Assembly (NCBI GenBank): GCA_902780385.1
Contig: CACZFF010000015.1
Coordinates: forward strand, 4,802-68,801
Source of the DNA: an uncultured Lachnospiraceae bacterium
GTDB lineage: Bacteria > Bacillota > Clostridia > Lachnospirales > Lachnospiraceae
Reading direction: 5' to 3'
Length of the DNA: 64,000 bases
The translations under genes were made by a program, and so were the position numbers. The notes beneath the pieces were generated by a model, which did no database searches, was not told the DNA's origin, and was given only the letters and a program-made list of their open reading frames with translations. Positions 25,330-35,867 of this stretch are shown in pieces (the stretch's first letter is position 1; every line of letters begins with the position of its first letter).

Positions 25330-27474
25330 ATGATGAAATCTATGACAAAAAAACAAAAAGAACTCCTGCTCAGGATCATCGCGGCGGCTGTGCTGATGGC
25401 AGTACTGGCCATCCTTCCGCTGAAAAAATATCCTCTGCTGCGTTTTGCCTTGTTTCTTATTCCTTATTTCACAGTCGGTCATGACATTCTTCGAAAGGCG
25501 CTCAAGGGAATCCGGAATAAGCAGGTATTTGATGAAAACTTCCTCATGGCGGCTGCAACCGTGGGCGCCATGGCACTCGGCGAGTATACCGAAGGCGTCG
25601 CGGTCATGCTTTTTTATCAGATCGGCGAGCTCTTCCAGAGCTATGCGGTCGGAAAGAGCAGGAAGAATATCAGTGAGCTGATGGATATACGGCCGGATTA
25701 CGCCAATCTGGAGACAGAGGACGGTGTGGAAGAGGCTGACCCCGACGATGTTGAGATCGGCAGTATCATTTTGATCAAACCCGGCGAGCGGGTGCCAATC
25801 GACGGTGTGATCGTGGAGGGAACGTCCTCTCTGGACACGGCTGCACTTACGGGCGAATCTCTTCCCCGGGACGTCGCAGCAGGCCAGGAGATCCTCAGCG
25901 GATCGATCAATCTGTCCGGTCTTCTGCGCGTGCAGACCACAAAAGAGTTCGAGGAATCCACCGCCTCCCGAATTCTGGATCTGGTCGAAAACGCGGGTAC
26001 ACGCAAGGCCAGGTCAGAACAGTTTATTTCAAAATTTGCCCGCTGGTACACGCCGGCGGTCTGCTACAGCGCTCTCGCACTGGCCATTCTGGGACCTCTG
26101 GTCAACATGCTGATCTTCCGTGTCCCGGGGAACCGGGCTCTCTGGTCCGACTGGATCTACAGAGCACTGACATTCCTGGTCATCAGCTGTCCCTGCGCGA
26201 TCGTTGTCAGCATTCCGCTCACATTTTTCGGCGGAATCGGAGGAGCCGGCAGTAAGGGCATCCTGATCAAGGGCTCCAACTTCATGGAGACCCTGGCCAA
26301 TGTACGGACCGTGGTCTTTGACAAGACCGGTACACTCACGAAAGGTAATTTCGTGGTCACCAGAATCTGCCCGGCAATGTACGGCGGAGTTGCTGCAGAA
26401 ACTCTTTATACTTCGCGTGAAAACACTGGGAATAAGGAAGCTGCAGCGGCTGAGTCCGGCAAAGCTTCTGAAGCAGGCGACAGGCTTCTGGAATATGCGG
26501 CCCTTGCAGAGCGCTATTCCTCGCACCCGATCAGCCGCAGCCTTAAAGAGGCCTGGCAAAAAAGTCTGGAAAAACGCGGACAGGGAATTGCAGATGACCA
26601 GAGTAGTGATTTATCTGCTGCCCGTGTCGGTGACACGGAGGAAATCAGCGGAAAGGGGCTCATCACGGAAGTGGACGGTCTTCGCATCGGCGTCGGAAAT
26701 CTGCAGCTGATGAGGGATCTGGGAGTCACGATCACAGAGGAAAATGATCACTCCGATGTGGAAATCGGTACCATCGTGCATGTCTGCGCCGGAAGCGAAT
26801 ACCTGGGTCACATCGTAATTGCGGATGAGATCAAGCCAAATGCAGCAGAAGCCATCAGTGACCTTCGAAAGACCGGTGTCACCAGGACTGTCATGCTCAC
26901 CGGTGATGCAGAGGCCATTGCATCCCGTGTTGCGCAAAAGCTCGGCCTCGACGAATATCACGCAGGCCTTCTGCCGGCGGACAAGGTCACCCGGCTGGAG
27001 CAGCTTCTCGATGAGATGGGCGGCGGGAGTTCCCGGGAAGTTGTGAACGATGGAAGCATTGATGGTAACGGAAGCAATGCTGACAGCGGCAAAGATAATA
27101 CAGGCAGTTCCGCTAAAAACGGAAATAAGGGTAAAAAAGGAACTCTTGCCTTTGTCGGTGACGGCATCAACGATGCCCCTGTTCTTTCCCGTGCGGATAT
27201 CGGAATCGCAATGGGTGCCCTTGGCTCCGATGCAGCAATCGAGGCGGCGGACGTGGTTCTCATGGACGATGACCCGATGAAGATTTCCCGCGCGATCCGC
27301 CTTGCCCGCAAGTGCATCCGGATCGTCAATGAAAATATCTGGTTTGCCATCGGCGTCAAGCTGGCCTGCCTCCTCCTCGGAGCGCTGGGTATTGCCAATA
27401 TGTGGCTGGCTATTTTCGCTGATGTAGGAGTCATGGTCCTCTGCGTCCTCAACGCCATCCGTGCCCTGGTCTGA
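25330..27474 (+). CDS. heavy-metal translocating P1B-type ATPase (Cd/Zn/Co-type)
   Basis: TGES, CPC motif SCPCAIV, DKTGTLT, HP (SSHPIS), GDGINDAP. Two low-complexity insertions, at about 26390-26480 and 27030-27140. Confidence 0.9.
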   Translation: MMKSMTKKQKELLLRIIAAAVLMAVLAILPLKKYPLLRFALFLIPYFTVGHDILRKALKGIRNKQVFDENFLMAAATVGAMALGEYTEGVAVMLFYQIGELFQSYAVGKSRKNISELMDIRPDYANLETEDGVEEADPDDVEIGSIILIKPGERVPIDGVIVEGTSSLDTAALTGESLPRDVAAGQEILSGSINLSGLLRVQTTKEFEESTASRILDLVENAGTRKARSEQFISKFARWYTPAVCYSALALAILGPLVNMLIFRVPGNRALWSDWIYRALTFLVISCPCAIVVSIPLTFFGGIGGAGSKGILIKGSNFMETLANVRTVVFDKTGTLTKGNFVVTRICPAMYGGVAAETLYTSRENTGNKEAAAAESGKASEAGDRLLEYAALAERYSSHPISRSLKEAWQKSLEKRGQGIADDQSSDLSAARVGDTEEISGKGLITEVDGLRIGVGNLQLMRDLGVTITEENDHSDVEIGTIVHVCAGSEYLGHIVIADEIKPNAAEAISDLRKTGVTRTVMLTGDAEAIASRVAQKLGLDEYHAGLLPADKVTRLEQLLDEMGGGSSREVVNDGSIDGNGSNADSGKDNTGSSAKNGNKGKKGTLAFVGDGINDAPVLSRADIGIAMGALGSDAAIEAADVVLMDDDPMKISRAIRLARKCIRIVNENIWFAIGVKLACLLLGALGIANMWLAIFADVGVMVLCVLNAIRALV

Positions 27475-27482
27475 TTTTATAC

Positions 27483-27592
27483 AAAATACCATCAAAATGC
27501 TTCTCTTACTTGATCATCCGGACTATCATGATTATCTGGTTCAGAATCTTGATAAGAATCTTGATTAGAAAGCATTTTGATGGTATTTTTTT
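27483..27592 (+). terminator. long-range 20-bp inverted repeat with T-run after the ATPase gene
   Basis: AAAATACCATCAAAATGCTT ... AAGCATTTTGATGGTATTTT followed by TTTT. The loop is about 66 nt and contains GAATCTTGAT(A/T)A x2. Confidence 0.55.
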
Positions 27593-27709
27593 CGTTGACG
27601 AAACAATTTGTCATAAACGAGAAGAGCAGGGGATAGTTTTATAAATAAAGGTAATTAACGGACTTTACAACAGGATTCGATTCACTGAAATTTGGAGGAT
27701 GTTTACACC

Positions 27710-28654
27710 ATGATGCTTCAGGATATTTACCCGCACTCGCTGCACAATCAGTATACAGAGAAATCCGATCCGCTTCCCGAGAGCCCGGTCTTTGTTTTCC
27801 GCAAGGCAGACCTTCTGGTCGTGGAGAGCAAAGAGGATGCTGTGCTCGAGGATATAGATCAGAGCGGTGAGCACGGCAAGATCAGCATGCCCGGCAAAGG
27901 CGTGAATGAAAAAGGCTTTTATAAAGAAAGGGGACGTTATCTGCGCCTTCCGAAAGTTGAAGAGCTCGGCACACAGAGGGAGTACACATTCCTCTTCACC
28001 ATGGATGGAAGCGCCTTTTTCCTGCTGCGCGATGACCTGGCCGACGAAGAGATTCCGCAGGGATATGTGTTTAAAAATATCCGCACTATGCGGTCCGAGG
28101 CTTACGGTCCCCAGCACCGTCTTTTTGCAGCGATCACAGCCTACCAGCTTTCCAACTGGTACCGCGATAACCGCTTCTGCGGAACCTGCGGCAGCCGGAC
28201 GATCCATTCCGAGACAGAGCGCGCCGTGAAATGCCCTTCCTGCGGAAGGACTATTTATCCCCGCATCATCCCTGCCGTCATCGTAGGTGTCATCAACGAT
28301 GACAAGATCCTTCTGACCAAATATGCCGGCCGCGATGTTCCCTTCTATGCCCTCATCGCCGGATTTACCGAGATCGGCGAGACCTTCGAGGAGACTGTTC
28401 AGCGCGAAGTTATGGAAGAAGCCGGCATCCGCGTCAAGAACATCCGCTATTATAAGTCTCAGCCATGGGGAATCGTCGATGACCTCCTGGCAGGTTTCTA
28501 CTGCGATGTTGACGGCGATCCGACCATCCATATGGACAAGAATGAGCTCAAAGAAGCCGGCTGGCACACCAGGGATGAGATCGTCCTTCAGCCCACTGAC
28601 CACAGCCTCACCAATGAGATGATGACCAGATTCAAAAAAGGACTCCCCTGCTGA
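27710..28654 (+). CDS. nudC: NAD+ diphosphatase (NudC, Nudix)
   Basis: Zinc ribbon CGTCGSRT...CPSCG. Nudix box GFTEIGETFEETVQREVMEEAGI. GGAGGA RBS before ATG 27710. Confidence 0.85.
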   Translation: MMLQDIYPHSLHNQYTEKSDPLPESPVFVFRKADLLVVESKEDAVLEDIDQSGEHGKISMPGKGVNEKGFYKERGRYLRLPKVEELGTQREYTFLFTMDGSAFFLLRDDLADEEIPQGYVFKNIRTMRSEAYGPQHRLFAAITAYQLSNWYRDNRFCGTCGSRTIHSETERAVKCPSCGRTIYPRIIPAVIVGVINDDKILLTKYAGRDVPFYALIAGFTEIGETFEETVQREVMEEAGIRVKNIRYYKSQPWGIVDDLLAGFYCDVDGDPTIHMDKNELKEAGWHTRDEIVLQPTDHSLTNEMMTRFKKGLPC

Positions 28655-28710
28655 TGAATAAACCCGGGGCAGCCGGAAATACTCCGCATGTCCGGGAGGG
28701 TATTTGTAAA

Positions 28711-28780
28711 GTGTTGACATTGGAACCGTCTCCTTGACAACCGTGAAGTGTTGTCATAGGAACCGTCCCCCTGACAACCC
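28711..28780. repeat. REP-like direct repeat x2 containing GGAACCGTC(T/C)CC (same core as 1596 and 9729)
   Basis: GTGTTG(A/T)CAT(T/A)GGAACCGTC(T/C)CC(T/C)TGACAACC is repeated with a 37-bp period. Confidence 0.75.
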
Positions 28781-28793
28781 CTGACAAATAAAA

Positions 28794-28829
28794 AGACCGC
28801 CTGCCGGAGTGCTTTCCGGCAGGCGGTCT
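28794..28829. terminator. bidirectional terminator between convergent nudC and the DUF3048 gene
   Basis: AGACCGCCTGCCGGA ... TCCGGCAGGCGGTCT, with an A-run 5' and TTGTGTTT 3'. Confidence 0.8.
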
Positions 28830-28859
28830 TGTGTTTACTGATGATTCCCGGCAGGATGA

Positions 28860-30134
28860 TTAGTAGTAGACAGGGGTGAGCGGATCGCCCTGGGTTGTGT
28901 AGGTGACTCCGTCAAAGGCGAAGGTGTCGATGTCATCGCGAATGATGAATACCATGGTCTTGCCGGTGTTCAGGTGAATACGGGAACCGTCCTTAACATA
29001 GTAGCTGGTGTGCTTGTGCACGCCCTGGCGCCACCATTTGCAGGGGACGCAGCGGCCATTGGTGAGGACGTAGGCGGTGCGGCCGTGGGAGATGGTGTTG
29101 AGGTTGACGTAGCCGTGGTTGCCGACATATTTGAAATGGGCTTCCTGGATAATGACATTGTCAAACGCCATCTGCTCGCCGGTAATGCCATCACACTGGG
29201 GCTCGCCGTAGAGGTATTTGTAATACTTGTGGTCTTCTTCATTGTAGACCAGGCTTGATCGGGTGACAGGGAAGGCTCCGCTCATGTCGATGGTCGAAAC
29301 GGGAATGGAGTTCTCGTACTGCTCCAGCGTCTGGCGGTCATCCGGGTCATTGAAATAGAACTGTTTGTCCACATAATACTTGGGACGGATTTCGAGAGAA
29401 TAACCTGCTGCCGCACAGGCATTTTTGACGCTTTCGGCATCTGTGAATGCGGTGTGTTCCAATGCCTTGCCGTTGTCGATGCGGTAATATGCACCGTAAT
29501 CGCCGCCCAGGACACCGCCGACACCGTTCAGATTATCGAGGTCTTCGCGGCTGGTGACATCGATCAGCCAGTCGATCGGGCCGCCGAAGTGGAGCATGAT
29601 GGCATCGTAGCGCATGGCCTCCAGCACGAAATAGGAACGTGTGCTGCGGATATTGCCGATCAGACTCAGATCATGCCAGTCCTGAATGATACCCATCTGA
29701 CGGCTCATATCGCCTTCTTCGATCATCTCATAGAAGACGTCTACTTTGTTGAGGCCATACTGAGGCTGCGCTTCATAGTTGATGGGATACATGACAGCGA
29801 TCGGACGCTGTTTTTCAATCTTGGAGCTGACCTTTTCATTGGTTATGCTGCTGCGGGTGGATTTTTTCTTCTTCTTTTTTTTCTCGGTTTCCGCAGGTTC
29901 AGCGGCTGTGGAAGGTGTCGATTCCTCTTCAGCGGTTTTTTTGCTGACGGCGGCTTCTTCTGCCTTCGCTGTGTCTTTGGCTTTCTCTTCAGAAGCGGCT
30001 TTTGCCTGTTCATCCGACTTTTTTTCACTGACTTCGGAAGGGTCCGCAGTCACAGTCGTATAGCCGCCGCAGCCGGATAGGGCCAGACACAATGCGGCAG
30101 ACATCGCCAGAATAATGGTTTTTGTTTTTTTCAT
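28860..30134 (-). CDS. DUF3048-family lipoprotein
   Basis: Lipobox LALSGCGG. Lys/Glu/Ala-rich linker. RPIAVMYPINYEAQPQYGLNKVDVFYEMIEEG is DUF3048-like. Start at ATG 30134. Confidence 0.8.
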   Translation of the reverse strand: MKKTKTIILAMSAALCLALSGCGGYTTVTADPSEVSEKKSDEQAKAASEEKAKDTAKAEEAAVSKKTAEEESTPSTAAEPAETEKKKKKKKSTRSSITNEKVSSKIEKQRPIAVMYPINYEAQPQYGLNKVDVFYEMIEEGDMSRQMGIIQDWHDLSLIGNIRSTRSYFVLEAMRYDAIMLHFGGPIDWLIDVTSREDLDNLNGVGGVLGGDYGAYYRIDNGKALEHTAFTDAESVKNACAAAGYSLEIRPKYYVDKQFYFNDPDDRQTLEQYENSIPVSTIDMSGAFPVTRSSLVYNEEDHKYYKYLYGEPQCDGITGEQMAFDNVIIQEAHFKYVGNHGYVNLNTISHGRTAYVLTNGRCVPCKWWRQGVHKHTSYYVKDGSRIHLNTGKTMVFIIRDDIDTFAFDGVTYTTQGDPLTPVYY

Positions 30135-30447
30135 GTGATTGTTCCTCTTTTTGGAGTCGCTGTTTTTTGAGTGTTTTCCGAAGTCAAAGTGCGTTATTAT
30201 CAGAATTGGAAGAATAGAGAATTCTGTTACGGGGCACACGCTGAACAGGTATGTACGGTGACGGATCTCAGGAATACACCGGCTGAGACCTTCGGCACAG
30301 GGCTTATGCCGGAATGAAAGGCCTGCTGCGAAAACGGAGATTCTGTTCGGAGATCCTGATTTGGAAAAAAACTACTTTTATTATAACCGAATGAGGGATA
30401 AATGGCAATGTGCGCAAATAATTCGGCCGGTTCGCAGTCAACCAGTA

Positions 30448-30571
30448 TTTACAGTACACGCCCTCTCGAAGGGCGTGTACATGTAACGTTGCGCGCGGCG
30501 ATTCCAATACGCATATGCGCCGCCGCGCGCCGTACAACTCGGGTTTTGCGCGAAAAACACGCGCAAAACTC
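30448..30571. repeat. cluster of three GC-rich palindromes, the first being the second copy of the GTACACGCCC element
   Basis: 30448-30488 is TTTACAGTACACGCCC-TCTCGAA-GGGCGTGTACATGTAACG. GCGCGCGGCG (30491-30500) pairs with CGCCGCGCGC (30521-30530). 30543-30569 is GTTTTGCGCG-AAAAACA-CGCGCAAAAC. Confidence 0.8.
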
Positions 30572-30747
30572 CTCGAATTTCAGGTAGGTCTGTAACAACC
30601 AGTAACCGTTCTCTATGTATTTCGTCTTCTATTGATAGGAAGGAACCTGAGGAAACAAACGACAGCTCTCAGAGCAATCGACTTTTACTCTTTTGGTGGA
30701 AGCAGTCACGCTGCCATGGAAATTCACAATGCGGAAGGGAGAAAAAG

Positions 30748-32112
30748 ATGAAAAAAACCGACAGCGGAAGGATCAGAATGATGAAAAAAGCAGCTGCCTG
30801 TGCCCTGGCGATTGTTTTTCTGCTCAGTGCCTGCGGTATGGCAAAGAGTCAGAATTCAGCATCTGAAAGTGCCTACAGCACTAATGAGACGGGCAGCAGT
30901 TATAACTCTTATAAAGAAGAAAGCTATGATTATGATGTCGAAGCGGAAGAGAGCATGGATTTTGCGGAGGATGACGCAATGCCGGCCGCTGCAGCCGGGG
31001 GCTCGGACGCAGGAGGGGACACCAAAGCGGACGAGGGCGGCGAGCAGGCTGACCTGGCGTCCGAAAACCGCAAGATTGTCTACAGCGGAAATATCTCCCT
31101 GCAGACGCTTGAGTATGACAGCTCTTCAAAGAGCATTCATGACAAGATCAACAAGTACGGCGGCTTTATTGAAAGCGAGAATACCAGCAACGATGATCCC
31201 TATTGGTATTACAGGGAGAGGTCCGGATCGTCCGCAAGGCGCACCCGCAGGAATCTCAGTATCACAGCCCGCATCCCGGCAGAGAAGTTCGATGCCTTTA
31301 TGGAGGATCTGAAAAATGACGGCCAGGTGATCAATACATCTGTCAATGCCGAGAATATCAGTGTTTCTTATGCCAACCATGATGCATCCCGCAAGGCACT
31401 TGAGATCGAGCAGGAGCGTCTGCTCAAAATGATGGATAAGGCGGAGTCGATCGAGGAGATGATCGCTGTCGAGGAACGCCTGACCGAAGTGGAACGCGAG
31501 CTCGGAAATGAGAGGACGAAACTTTCCGCCATGGACCGGGACGTCAATTTCTCTACGATCTATATCAATCTGGAGGAAGTATTTGAGTATTCTGAGACCG
31601 TGGTGGAAACCACCTACGGAGAGCGTCTGAAACGCGCTTTCGACAATGCGATTGACGGATTTGTGGTCTTCTGGGAAGATCTGATTCTGTTCATTGTCGG
31701 CTCTTTCCCCTTCCTGATCATGCTTGTGATCATTATTGTTGTGATCGTGAAGCTGGCCCGCCGCGCACAGAGGCGCAGAAAAGAGAGACTTGCCGCATGG
31801 GAGGAATCCCGCAGGGCAGCAGCGAACGGAAGTGTCGGCGGCAATGGTTATCCCTCCGCCCCGGGCGCAGTAACTCCCTGGGATAAACCGAAGAGAAACG
31901 GGCGGGGTAAAGGACTGTTCGGACGGGGCAAAAACACAGACCATGGCACAGCGGTCCAGCCTGCCGCACCTGCCCGGCCTGCAGATCAGTTTGATCAGTT
32001 TGCAGATCAGTCTGCAGCTTCTTCAGCATCCGCAGCTTCTGACCAGCCGGCAGACCGGCCGGCAGCGAATCCTTCACGTACGCCTGCTGACAGAGAAAAA
32101 CCGGAATCCTGA
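30748..32112 (+). CDS. DUF4349-family lipoprotein with C-terminal TM and Pro/Ala-rich tail
   Basis: Lipobox LLSACG. IVYSGNISLQT...coiled-coil...TM FIVGSFPFLIMLVIIIVVIV, typical of the DUF4349 layout. Confidence 0.75.
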   Translation: MKKTDSGRIRMMKKAAACALAIVFLLSACGMAKSQNSASESAYSTNETGSSYNSYKEESYDYDVEAEESMDFAEDDAMPAAAAGGSDAGGDTKADEGGEQADLASENRKIVYSGNISLQTLEYDSSSKSIHDKINKYGGFIESENTSNDDPYWYYRERSGSSARRTRRNLSITARIPAEKFDAFMEDLKNDGQVINTSVNAENISVSYANHDASRKALEIEQERLLKMMDKAESIEEMIAVEERLTEVERELGNERTKLSAMDRDVNFSTIYINLEEVFEYSETVVETTYGERLKRAFDNAIDGFVVFWEDLILFIVGSFPFLIMLVIIIVVIVKLARRAQRRRKERLAAWEESRRAAANGSVGGNGYPSAPGAVTPWDKPKRNGRGKGLFGRGKNTDHGTAVQPAAPARPADQFDQFADQSAASSASAASDQPADRPAANPSRTPADREKPES

Positions 32113-32189
32113 CCTGATTTTCAGACTGCCATGAATACAGAGACGTATACGGGCATCAGATCATGCCCTGTAACCTGAAATTTTCCCCG

Positions 32190-32238
32190 GGCGGTTATTG
32201 TCAATCCCTTTTGAGGACTTGACAGTAACCGCTTTTTT
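32190..32238 (+). terminator. intrinsic terminator
   Basis: GGCGGTTATTGTCAA ... TTGACAGTAACCGC followed by TTTTTT. Confidence 0.8.
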
Positions 32239-32389
32239 GCTGCAACCGCATTTCAGGCGGGCCTTTACAAGGCTTGTATGCTGTTCAGGGAATTTTATAA
32301 AAAATCAACACTCATCACAGTGCAACATATGGTATAATCCTCTTACACTTCAAGACTTCAAGATGACGAGAGTAGAGAGGAGGCCGGAT

Positions 32390-32677
32390 ATGATTAAGAT
32401 TGTTTCCAAAAATCTGATCAGGGAAGATAAGGTAGAGGAATTCAAGAGCCTTATGAAGGAACTGGTGGAGAAGTCCTCCGCCGAGGAAGGGTGTATTCAT
32501 TATTCCCTGAACGTGAGCAGAGAGAATCCCAGGATGTTCGCCTTTATCGAATTCTGGCGTGACCAGGATGCAATTGATAAACATAATGCGACAGAGCATT
32601 TCCAGAGGCTGGTGCCCATGATGCGCGGCATGAGAGAGGATTCTGCTCTGGATATTTTCACAGAATTGGAATTCTGA
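32390..32677 (+). CDS. antibiotic-biosynthesis-monooxygenase (ABM) domain protein
   Basis: 95 aa. CIHYSL...FAFIEFWRDQDAIDKHNATEHF. GGAGG RBS before ATG 32390. Confidence 0.8.
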   Translation: MIKIVSKNLIREDKVEEFKSLMKELVEKSSAEEGCIHYSLNVSRENPRMFAFIEFWRDQDAIDKHNATEHFQRLVPMMRGMREDSALDIFTELEF

Positions 32678-32877
32678 TCCTGCTGAGGGGGTGACCGGGC
32701 GACCGGACGCGGGGTGCAGCCCGTAGTATGACGAAAGGACACTTCAAAGCTGTCTGTTTATCTGCAGACAGCGGAATCCATCGAAGGAACTGAGGATCCG
32801 AAGGAGTTGAAGGTCCGACTGAACTGCAGAGATGGAAGGCAGAGTTCACCCGTATAGTTCAGCAGAAAGAGATTTAT

Positions 32878-33567
32878 ATGAATAATATAAAGAATCCTGA
32901 TCAGGATGCGCAGAGCAGGGCAGAAGAACGGCGGCAGGCAGAGCGCCGTAAACGCCGTGCCAGGATGCGCGAAGAGCGGGCAAGGGCAATCCGGCGGCAG
33001 AGGATCCTGGCGGTTTTCGCGGCATTTGCCGTGATCCTCCTTATTGCCGGCGGAACACTCCTGAAGCAGAAAGCATGGGCACAGAGTTCCCTTTCCGAAA
33101 AAGTGCTTGATTACAGAGATACAGTCAAAAAATACGCCAAGAAGGAGAAGATCGAAAAATATACCGATGTTCTTCTGGCGATCATGATGGCGGAGAGCAA
33201 GGGTGAGGGCAGCGATGTCATGCAGTCCAGCGAATCCAAGGGACTGGAAAGGAATTCCCTCGAGCCCGAGGAATCGATCGAGCAGGCCTGTATCTATTTT
33301 GCCGCACTCATTGAGATAGCGAAAAATCTGGATATCAAGGATGACAAAGCCCTGATCCAGTCCTACAATTTCGGGCCGGGCTACCTGAATTACATCGCCA
33401 AGCACGGCAAGAAACACAAGGAATCCCTGGCGATCGAGTATGCAAAGGAACATTCCGGCGGTGAGAAGGTTCGATATATGCATATCTACGCCATCAAAAA
33501 GAACGGCGGCTGGATCTACAAGTTCGGAAACATGTTTTATGAGGCGATCGTAGAGGAATATATGTGA
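32878..33567 (+). CDS. lysozyme-like (CwlT N-terminal-type) family protein, membrane anchored
   Basis: Arg-rich N-terminus plus a TM segment. LLAIMMAESKGEGSDVMQSSES (catalytic Glu context), YNFGPGYLNY. Confidence 0.75.
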   Translation: MNNIKNPDQDAQSRAEERRQAERRKRRARMREERARAIRRQRILAVFAAFAVILLIAGGTLLKQKAWAQSSLSEKVLDYRDTVKKYAKKEKIEKYTDVLLAIMMAESKGEGSDVMQSSESKGLERNSLEPEESIEQACIYFAALIEIAKNLDIKDDKALIQSYNFGPGYLNYIAKHGKKHKESLAIEYAKEHSGGEKVRYMHIYAIKKNGGWIYKFGNMFYEAIVEEYM

Positions 33568-33622
33568 TCTGATATGAAAAACCTCTGAGTGCAAGCCTTG
33601 CCGGGACAAGACGTACAAAATG

Positions 33623-33672
33623 CGCGATATGTGTAAATGCGGAATATCCGCATCTGCATATATCGCGTTTTT
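33623..33672 (+). terminator. intrinsic terminator
   Basis: CGCGATAT ... ATATCGCG encloses ATGCGGA-ATA-TCCGCAT and is followed by TTTTT. Confidence 0.7.
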
Positions 33673-33865
33673 ATTGTGTGTTCTTTGAAACACTCATTGT
33701 TTAGAAGGGTTTTTTTCAGTATAATTGTATATAGATTAACAGAGAATTAACCGGAATATTATCGTTTTTTACAAGTATTCCTACGTATTCTGCGAGCCTT
33801 TTTGTGGAATCCGGACAGAAACTTGATGGACCGCAAACAATCAAATATCTAAAGGAGAGAAAAGC

Positions 33866-35209
33866 ATGAGTTATCAGGATCAGTACAGACAGAAGCTCGT
33901 GAGTGCAGCTGCTGCAGCTGCAGTCGTCAAATCCGGTGACTGGGTTGACTATGCGTGGACAGCTACGACACCCAGAGCAGTGGACAAGGAGCTGGCAAAG
34001 CGCCTTCCGGATCTCTATGATGTCAACTTCTACGGCGGAATTCTGCTGCGTGAGCCCGAGATCTTCAAGATCGAGGATCCGGCAGCACATATGACTTGGA
34101 ACAGCTGGCATATGGCCGGTTTCGAGCGCAAGGCGATTGCAAAGGGGTTCAGCTTCTATTGCCATCTGAAGTATTCCGAGCTTCCCCGCTACTATTTTGA
34201 GAATGTGAAGTCTGTCGATGTGGCGATCATGCAGGTCGGTCCCATGGATGACAAGGGTTACTTCAACCTGGGCCCCAGCGCCAGCCATGCTTACGCTGCC
34301 ATTGGGGTGGCAAAGAAGGTTATTGTCGAAGTCAACGAGAGTATGCCCATCTGTCTCGGTGACCGCAGCGCTTATATCCATATTGACGACGTCGATATGA
34401 TCGTTGAGACAGATAATGAGCCTATCTATGAATTACCGCCTGCACCCCCCGCCACAGAGATCGATCAGGCTGTTGCCAAACTTGTTGTTGAACGCATCCC
34501 GGATGGCGCATGCCTCCAGCTCGGCATCGGCGGTATGCCCAATGCCATCGGCAAGATGATCGCGGAGTCCGACCTCAAGGATCTGGGCATCCACACAGAG
34601 ATGTATGTCGATGCATTTGTCGACATGGCAGAGGCCGGCAGGATCACCGGTGCCAAAAAGAACTTCGACCGCGGTCTGCAGACCTTCGCATTCGCCGCAG
34701 GCACAAAGAAGATGTACGACTATCTCGACAATAACCCCGAGATCAAGTCCGCTTCCGTCGACTATGTCAACCACTATGACAGAGTCGCCAGGCTCGATAA
34801 TTTTATTTCCATCAACAATGCAATCGATATCGACCTTTACGGGCAGGTCAATGCGGAGAGCGCAGGCACAAGACAGATTTCCGGTGCCGGCGGTCAGCTT
34901 GACTTTGTCCTCGGCGCTTACGGCTCCAGGGGCGGCAAGACCTTCATCTGCATGTCCTCCACCTTCAAGAACAAGGACGGCAGCATTGCAAGCCGCATCC
35001 GTCCTACTCTTGCACCCGGCAGCATCGTGACCGACGCACGTCCCAACACCATGTATGTCGTGACCGAGTACGGCGCAGTCAACCTCAAGGGCCTCAGTTC
35101 CTGGCAGACCGCCGAGGCTCTGATCAGCATTGCACATCCTGATTTCCGCGACCAGCTGATCGCCGAGGCAGAGAAGATGCACATCTGGAAACGCAGCAAT
35201 AAGCGCTGA
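33866..35209 (+). CDS. acetyl-CoA hydrolase/transferase family protein (butyryl-CoA:acetate CoA-transferase-like)
   Basis: 447 aa. GDWVDY..., [38 protein letters not shown]. Confidence 0.85.
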   Translation: MSYQDQYRQKLVSAAAAAAVVKSGDWVDYAWTATTPRAVDKELAKRLPDLYDVNFYGGILLREPEIFKIEDPAAHMTWNSWHMAGFERKAIAKGFSFYCHLKYSELPRYYFENVKSVDVAIMQVGPMDDKGYFNLGPSASHAYAAIGVAKKVIVEVNESMPICLGDRSAYIHIDDVDMIVETDNEPIYELPPAPPATEIDQAVAKLVVERIPDGACLQLGIGGMPNAIGKMIAESDLKDLGIHTEMYVDAFVDMAEAGRITGAKKNFDRGLQTFAFAAGTKKMYDYLDNNPEIKSASVDYVNHYDRVARLDNFISINNAIDIDLYGQVNAESAGTRQISGAGGQLDFVLGAYGSRGGKTFICMSSTFKNKDGSIASRIRPTLAPGSIVTDARPNTMYVVTEYGAVNLKGLSSWQTAEALISIAHPDFRDQLIAEAEKMHIWKRSNKR

Positions 35210-35319
35210 TCGCGGATGGCTGACTGACAGATTCCTTGAGAGTAAGATCTTAATGACAAATCCGTCACCTGATTAATCTGATACGTTTTATCCGATATCT
35301 AGTCAATATCTAATATAAA

Positions 35320-35354
35320 AACCTCTCTCTTCTGATGAAGGGAGAGGTTTTTTG
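35320..35354 (+). terminator. intrinsic terminator
   Basis: AACCTCTCTC ... GGGAGAGGTT followed by TTTT. Confidence 0.8.
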
Positions 35355-35366
35355 AGCAAAAGTTAT

Positions 35367-35408
35367 TGTACAAATAGGGTATGTACAAAAACGAAAAGAA
35401 TGTACAAA
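35367..35408 (+). repeat. TGTACAAA direct repeat x3 upstream of the recombinase gene
   Basis: Copies at 35367, 35382 and 35401. Related TTTACAAA at 35461 and TGTACACAA at 35613. Confidence 0.6.
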
Positions 35409-35867
35409 AATCAAATTGCTTTGTTCACTTCTTGTTTTCTGTGCCGGGAAGCCTGGCTTCTTTACAAATCTGACAGAAATACCTTTTATTTTCTTAGCCC
35501 TTGTCTTTTTATGCGGGTCAGACATGATCTTGATGTGCGATATTTAGAGCGGAATAACAATGTAAAAGAGTATGGAAAAAAATTTATGCACAATTGTATA
35601 ATGCAATATGTCTGTACACAATAGTAAGAAATTTTAAACGGGAGGTGATTGATTAAACATTGTTCGAAAGCCATAGCTTCCATATAATATACGCAAAGAA
35701 TATATAACATTTAAGGTATGAGATAGCACTGCAACATCACAGGCTTTAACATTATTATCTCTGCAATGCGAGAAAAATAATACTGACGGAATTACTGCCA
35801 TGACAATACCTTATCCATTCGAGAAGCGTATATTTATACTGCCTTCAGGTTATTTATGGAGGGCATC

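Noticed and set aside
23636-30488. Composite transposon bounded by inverted repeats.
   Set aside because: Each copy is itself a palindrome, so its orientation is nearly ambiguous. There is no transposase or target-site duplication, and the gene content is ordinary. It is kept only as a repeat-family observation.
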